Of a stretch of 32,000 nucleotides of DNA, positions 27,130-32,000 are shown one piece after another. This DNA comes from Candidatus Heimdallarchaeota archaeon. GTDB lineage: Archaea > Asgardarchaeota > Heimdallarchaeia > Heimdallarchaeales > Heimdallarchaeaceae. Every line of letters starts with the position of its first letter. Positions within the stretch are counted from its first letter, which is position 1. The position numbers and the translations under genes are program-made. The notes under the pieces were generated by a model that worked only from the letters and a program-made list of their open reading frames with translations, was not told where the DNA came from and searched no databases. The stretch is taken from NCBI GenBank assembly GCA_030668875.1, contig DAOVER010000009.1, forward strand, positions 1-32,000, in the 5' to 3' direction.

Positions 27130-29766
27130 TTATATCATTAGTTTTGATTTCTCTTCTGTAAGTTGCTGGGCTTCAGCTTTAGCCTCCTCAAAAATAGCAA
27201 TGGGGAATTTATTATGTAAAGGAGATATTTTTGCACCCCATTTTGAAACAAGATATAGAGGTTTTGCCATGAATTTCAAACCTTTAGCCATCTCTGTAGC
27301 TCGCTTGAATTCAGCTAGAGTGTTATCATCGAACACGCCTAAGAGAGCTGCAATAAAGGCGTAGATGTACATGCCTGCGAGAGTGCCGATTAGAAGAATT
27401 GCTACAGATCTATAGAGACTATATTCGTCTAATTTCCAAATTAAAGTACACAATCCTTCCATAATACCCCAAACTGTTACAGCAGCCAATAATGGCGCGA
27501 TAAAGCCTTGCCAAGCTAGATCTTTCCACTTGAATTTAAAGTAGTCATCACGTCTAATGCCCCACCACATAAAGATATTCTTAATGATTAATGCGGGGAA
27601 GTATGCAAACATTATAGCAATCATTGGAGAACCAAACGTTATGCTGAACCACTCGTGCATAGGTATGAAAACGAATAGTAGTCCTATTCTGATCACTTGC
27701 TCAATAATCCAACTAATAGCCGCCCAACCTGGACGGTCTGATCCAGCAAACATCCAATCACCAAGCCAGGAGAAATAGCCTATTGCATGGAAGAAGAGGA
27801 ACCAGATGATCAATGTTGCAGCTGGAGCCCATTCGGCACCTGCACCGCCTTCAATAAATCTCCATCCAATAGGAATCAAAGCGGCAACTAAGAACCAATC
27901 GAAATAAGAACTCCATTTTATAGAACTCATAGTATAATATCTAGTTAATGCCTTTTTCTTCGCATGATAAGATTCAGATATAGCTGGGAGTAAAGATTCT
28001 GCGAAAAGTGCAACTAGCATTATTATAGTAGCAAAATTCCAAGCTAGAGAGAAGTAACCCTGTTGCTGAGTATAGTTAGGTAAGAACAATGAGAGAAGAT
28101 AAAGTTGTACAAACCACCCGAGAGGAGGTAATATCTTTCCACCCATCCATTTAACACCAAACTTGAAAGATTCCTTTATATCTGCCCACGTGAAGTCTAT
28201 TCGAAAAATTGTCTTCAAGGAAAATCCAAGTCTCTTGAAGAATATTAAACCTACCAGAAATGAACAGATTTGAATCACGTAGAAACCAACGCTATAGCCT
28301 ATAGCTCCAGCTAATCCATCTCCAAAAACAGGATTCTTGCCCAGAGTAAATCTGAAGAGTACTATCACAAGATACTGAATTGTGATATTGAAAACTGCAT
28401 AAAGAAGTATATTAAGTATCTGTTGAAGATCAATTCTATTCATAGCTTGGAACAGATACATAAACACCAAGAAGAAAGCTGGCCATTGGAAGAATGCATG
28501 AGTAACAAAAATCCATGACATATGAGCTAGAAATGTATGTGGAAACACCATTGAACCAATAAATGAAATTAAGAACAACTGAGCTATTCCTGATAACATT
28601 TGGAACCAAACAAATAGTTGAACATATTTTATAGCTTTTTGAGGTCTCTTCACTCTATGTTCACTGAAGAATTTTACTAAAACTACTGATGTTCCCAAGT
28701 CAAAGAATAACCAAAGAGCTTCAAAGAATTTAATAGTATAATCATAAAAACCTGCAGCTTGTGGGCTCGGTAGAATTATGAGTGGAAATACAAGGGCAGA
28801 CATGACAACATTAGGTAAAATGACTAAAAGTCCAATAAATAGTTGGATGAGAAAACCTCCCAATTGTCGATGCATACCGACTTCTTCCCATTGATTTTCT
28901 TTCTCAACTTCCTTGCTCATCTCTTTCAAGTCTTTTTCTTTGATAGGATTTTTCTTTGAATATTTTTTAGCATAGATAAAACCAGCTGTTGTTATAAGAG
29001 CTGTAAGCAGAACCGAAATACCCAACAAAACAGTATCAAGAGTGTGGGGAACAGGGGAATAATCCCACTTTGCATATGTTAATACTGGTTCATCAACAGT
29101 TGACATTATAGTGAGATAAAGCATATAGTTGAAATAAGGCCATTCCACTAATTCACTGTTAAATACTATGTCTGGAAAGAAATTAAATGCAATAAGTCTG
29201 TTATCGTCCTTGGTACTCGCTAAGGCAAGTCCAGGATGTGCACTAACAGCTGAAGTTTGTAACAAAATAGTCCCAGTCAATTGTATATCTGTGTAGTTTG
29301 CAATAGTAGGAACAGAATTCCATTGAATATTGTCCAGTATGGGATGCTCAATAACAGGCTCCACAGGTACAGGTAGCGACATGTTATTTTGTAAGACATT
29401 ATTCGTGGTTGTAGAAGCCAGATCCAAAGTAGTTAGCAAAGTGCTATTTGATGCTAGATTTTCATATACAAAAATCACAATACCACCAGAATAAGATTCA
29501 AGTAAACTTATCTCAGCCAAAGTTGGAGCATAATCGAGAATCATGATATTATCAAAACTATCAATTGGAGCACTCCCAATAGAACTTCTTTCAGTAATAA
29601 TAAATGAAGAATCTAAAGTTATTCTATCCATTAAATAATCAGGTATATCCTCTCCAACAACTAGTACATCAAAACTGTCTTGAGCTAGAGTCTGAGATGG
29701 AAGTAGTGTGAGTGAGATAAATACAAGTAAACAGCTAAAAGTGATAATACTAAGCTTTCTCTTCAT
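27130..29766 (-). CDS. MOP-superfamily (Wzx/RfbX-like) oligosaccharide flippase fused to a signal peptide and an extracellular N-terminal domain
   Basis: Signal peptide (MKRKLSIITFSCLLVFISLTLLPSQTLA), a soluble domain of about 215 aa, a TM helix, then about 12-14 TMs with FFDLGTS..LVKFFSE and LLPAISESY Wzx-type motifs. AGGTG SD. Confidence 0.8.
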   Translation of the reverse strand: MKRKLSIITFSCLLVFISLTLLPSQTLAQDSFDVLVVGEDIPDYLMDRITLDSSFIITERSSIGSAPIDSFDNIMILDYAPTLAEISLLESYSGGIVIFVYENLASNSTLLTTLDLASTTTNNVLQNNMSLPVPVEPVIEHPILDNIQWNSVPTIANYTDIQLTGTILLQTSAVSAHPGLALASTKDDNRLIAFNFFPDIVFNSELVEWPYFNYMLYLTIMSTVDEPVLTYAKWDYSPVPHTLDTVLLGISVLLTALITTAGFIYAKKYSKKNPIKEKDLKEMSKEVEKENQWEEVGMHRQLGGFLIQLFIGLLVILPNVVMSALVFPLIILPSPQAAGFYDYTIKFFEALWLFFDLGTSVVLVKFFSEHRVKRPQKAIKYVQLFVWFQMLSGIAQLFLISFIGSMVFPHTFLAHMSWIFVTHAFFQWPAFFLVFMYLFQAMNRIDLQQILNILLYAVFNITIQYLVIVLFRFTLGKNPVFGDGLAGAIGYSVGFYVIQICSFLVGLIFFKRLGFSLKTIFRIDFTWADIKESFKFGVKWMGGKILPPLGWFVQLYLLSLFLPNYTQQQGYFSLAWNFATIIMLVALFAESLLPAISESYHAKKKALTRYYTMSSIKWSSYFDWFLVAALIPIGWRFIEGGAGAEWAPAATLIIWFLFFHAIGYFSWLGDWMFAGSDRPGWAAISWIIEQVIRIGLLFVFIPMHEWFSITFGSPMIAIMFAYFPALIIKNIFMWWGIRRDDYFKFKWKDLAWQGFIAPLLAAVTVWGIMEGLCTLIWKLDEYSLYRSVAILLIGTLAGMYIYAFIAALLGVFDDNTLAEFKRATEMAKGLKFMAKPLYLVSKWGAKISPLHNKFPIAIFEEAKAEAQQLTEEKSKLMI

Positions 29767-29878
29767 TAAAACACCTATAGAGCATAGAGTTAATGACTAG
29801 TATATATGAGTTGTTGAAAACAAACGCTAGTAAAGCACGAAAAATCTGTGAAATAACAACATATTCCGTTGTTTTACA

Positions 29879-30289
29879 TTAATTTATTTTATAATTCACT
29901 ACATAACCTTCAGCTTCAAGGAAATCTTTAAAGAAAATTAAGCTAGCATTTCTCAAGAAAACAACTGTTGAAGCATCTAATGTAGTAACTAACAAATCGT
30001 TAAATCTACGAATGAAAAACATAAATATTTGATAAAAAGCAGCCATTCTTTCATCAACATGAATAAATCTGAAATCATTGATTGGTCGAACATATTCTTT
30101 TTCCCAATCTCTACAAGCTGCCTTCATTAATGCTTCTATTACATTTTCACTGAGATTTGGCATTGCTGTATGTATGCAATCCTGAAGTTTTTCTAATACT
30201 TCAACTTGTCCCTTATTGAGCATTATCTTTCTCGAGCTAATAAGAGCCGAATTAAGTTTTCCTTGATCGAGCTCAAATGTAACACTCAT
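29879..30289 (-). CDS. Hypothetical helical protein
   Basis: Open frame with plausible composition, co-oriented with the flippase. ATG 30289 (track start TTG 30307). Confidence 0.6.
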   Translation of the reverse strand: MSVTFELDQGKLNSALISSRKIMLNKGQVEVLEKLQDCIHTAMPNLSENVIEALMKAACRDWEKEYVRPINDFRFIHVDERMAAFYQIFMFFIRRFNDLLVTTLDASTVVFLRNASLIFFKDFLEAEGYVVNYKIN

Positions 30290-30452
30290 TACTAGGTAAG
30301 CCTTCAAAGTTATCTATAAACTTTTGCTCGATATTGAAACAATATGTGACAAATAGTATCTTCTAATCATATCTAGAAACAACATAATCAGAGATTTCAA
30401 ATAAAAGAACAATAGTAAAAAATTTTAAGTCAGTTAATAGATACTGTAAAGC

Positions 30453-31004
30453 ATGTCAGTGCATTTTGAGAAACCTGGTGATCACACAGAAGAAGTACTC
30501 AATTTAGTGCAACAGAAGGTGGATGAGCAAAAAATCTCTCAAGTTATAATCGCAACAACCAAAGGAGATACTGCTCTAAAAGCGGTTTCTTCCTTAAAGA
30601 ACTGCAAGATTGTCATTGTAACACATCAGGCGGGTTTTAAGGAGCCTGGAGGAATGGAGATTGAAGAAAATATTATCAGAGAGATTGAAGCTAAAGGAAT
30701 CAAGGTTGTAACTGCTACACATGCTCTTGCAGGTGTTGAAAGGGCTGTAAGAAAGAAACTAGGCACTTGGATGACTGTTGAAATCATGGCTCAAACGCTT
30801 AAAATATTTGGACAAGGAACGAAAGTATGCGCAGAGATTGTAGCAATGGCTGCTGATGCTGGGGCAATTTCTCTAGATAATGTCATTGCAGTAGGGGGAA
30901 CAGGTAGAAGTGCTGACACGGCTTGGATTATCAAACCAGTTCATACACATAATTTCTTTGACATGAAACTAATAGAATTAATATGTAAACCTAAAAACAA
31001 CTAA
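30453..31004 (+). CDS. Stand-alone pyruvate kinase alpha/beta (PK_C) domain protein (COG1751/MTH1675-like)
   Basis: HFEKPG..T, IIATTKGDTA, VVTHQAGF, THALAGVER, FGQGTKVCAEI..MAADAG and GGTGRSADTA motifs. Confidence 0.9.
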   Translation: MSVHFEKPGDHTEEVLNLVQQKVDEQKISQVIIATTKGDTALKAVSSLKNCKIVIVTHQAGFKEPGGMEIEENIIREIEAKGIKVVTATHALAGVERAVRKKLGTWMTVEIMAQTLKIFGQGTKVCAEIVAMAADAGAISLDNVIAVGGTGRSADTAWIIKPVHTHNFFDMKLIELICKPKNN

Positions 31005-31006
31005 GC

Positions 31007-31711
31007 GTGAAAGCAATGTATTTTAATCCATCACAACTTAATTGGGTATTCGTTGTTGTGTCACTCATCGTCGTTTTTCTTACTTTGAGCTCAGTTTATC
31101 TGCTTGCTTATCTTAACTATAAACCATGGCAAGTTAGAAAAATAAGTCATATGATATTGCACACGGTTCTTGCTTTCTTTCCTTATTTCATAGACAATTT
31201 ATTTGATTTAATTATCACTTTAAGCATAACAATGGTTTTACTTCTTGTACTCTCTTTAATACCGCAAATCCAATTTCTTCCAAAAATCATTGAGAAATGT
31301 ACAAGGGAAGGGGATAGTAATATGCAAATGGTCATAAATTCTACAGTAACAAGTGTAGCTGTCCTACTAGTTTACGTACTTAACTTAGATAGACCTTATG
31401 TGTTTACAGCAGCTTTCCTATCAGTAAGCTTAGGTGATGGTCTTGGTGAAATGATAGGAAGACCATATGGAAAGATAAAATATCGCATTTTCGAAGAACG
31501 CTCCTTAGAAGGATCTATTGCAGTGTTTTTTGGAACAGCAGTTAGTATTTTTGTAGCCTTAGCTGTTAACCAAATGCTAGTAGTAGACATATGGTGGAAA
31601 ATAATTGTAATTGCACTAATAGGTACATTTGTTGAAGCATGTAATTACAGATTCATAGACAATGTTACATTACCTGTATCTATTGCTCTAATGATGTACT
31701 TGCTTTTTTAA
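31007..31711 (+). CDS. CTP-dependent polyprenol/dolichol/phytol kinase family membrane protein
   Basis: RKISH, SLGDGLGEMIGRPYG, RSLEGS and DNVTLP motifs, multi-TM. Start is GTG 31007 or ATG 31016. Confidence 0.85.
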   Translation: MKAMYFNPSQLNWVFVVVSLIVVFLTLSSVYLLAYLNYKPWQVRKISHMILHTVLAFFPYFIDNLFDLIITLSITMVLLLVLSLIPQIQFLPKIIEKCTREGDSNMQMVINSTVTSVAVLLVYVLNLDRPYVFTAAFLSVSLGDGLGEMIGRPYGKIKYRIFEERSLEGSIAVFFGTAVSIFVALAVNQMLVVDIWWKIIVIALIGTFVEACNYRFIDNVTLPVSIALMMYLLF

Positions 31712-31769
31712 ATACAATTATTACAAATATTTTATAACCGGAATTTTCATTTGTGTACTGTTGGTGTAC

Positions 31770-32000
31770 TTGATATTTGACCATACTCAAGCGAACTGGG
31801 TATTTGTTGTTGTGTTTTCCATTGTTTTTTATTCTATCCTCTGGATACCCTTCATACTAAAACAATTAAAAATTTCGAAGTGGTTAGCAAGAAAAAGTGG
31901 CCATATAGTGCTACATACAACTCTGGCACTTCTCCCTTTCTGGTTAACAAACCTTTTTGATTTTGTTGTAACAGTTGTTATACTTCTAGCTTTAGTCATT
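31770..32000 (+). CDS. Second polyprenol-kinase family paralog, 5' part (runs off window end)
   Basis: Not in the ORF track. From TTG 31770 (GGTG upstream): MIFDHTQANWVFVVVFSIVFYSILWIPFILKQLKISKWLARKSGHIVLHTTLALLPFWLTNLFDFVVTVVILLALVI. It aligns ungapped with the upstream gene at about 31/77 identities (counted by hand). Confidence 0.85.
   Translation, partial: MIFDHTQANWVFVVVFSIVFYSILWIPFILKQLKISKWLARKSGHIVLHTTLALLPFWLTNLFDFVVTVVILLALVI

Noticed and set aside
435-31590. Short antisense or overlapping ORFs in the track (435..695, 2385..2576, 2883..3098, 4493..4675, 5141..5332, 6255..6509, 6786..7100, 7188..7511, 8574..8801, 10718..10945, 11171..11368, 12051..12251, 12926..13117, 13725..13937, 14223..14498, 16813..16995, 17459..17644, 18551..18733, 19179..19388, 23866..24063, 24220..24444, 25233..25439, 25835..26041, 27557..27778, 31396..31590)
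   Set aside because: All overlap well-supported genes on the opposite strand or in another frame and show no recognisable motifs. They are shadow ORFs.
1-32000. CRISPR arrays, tRNA/rRNA, IS elements, integrases, defence systems, classic eukaryotic signature proteins
   Set aside because: I saw no regularly spaced repeats, GC-rich structured RNA segments, transposase or recombinase motifs, or actin/ESCRT/ubiquitin/small-GTPase motifs.

Overview
AT-rich (roughly one third GC by eye), gene-dense archaeal chromosomal DNA, most consistent with an Asgard archaeon of Heimdallarchaeia type. This is inferred from the archaeal NadM, the AbrB-PhoU regulator, the stand-alone PK_C protein, GGTG/GAGG Shine-Dalgarno sites, pyrimidine-tract terminators and secreted proteins with C-terminal TM plus basic-tail anchors. 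I found no rRNA, tRNA, CRISPR array or mobile element. Contents in order: (1) a minus-strand block (nucleotidyltransferase, Zn-ribbon/DUF4097 protein, lipoate ligase, Cys-dependent phosphatase); (2) a complete phosphate locus (C-terminally anchored pstS, fused pstC-pstA, pstB, phoU, convergent AbrB-PhoU regulator); (3) a peptidase-rich stretch (S8, M17, DUF1028, C11, M32) with nadM, Nudix and flavin enzymes; (4) a glycan/lipid-carrier-like block (GH31, membrane hydrolase, Wzx/MOP flippase fused to a secreted N-terminal domain, tandem polyprenol-kinase paralogs). The ORF track misses or mis-calls several things: an S8 protease split by an in-frame TGA at a conserved Trp, a 3-TM ZIP gene whose TM2 motif is joined directly to the TM7 motif, a Zn-ribbon extension that needs an ATT start, and partial genes at both window edges. 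The best candidate for an undescribed system is the flippase-fusion / GH31 / polyprenol-kinase block, which is inference only.
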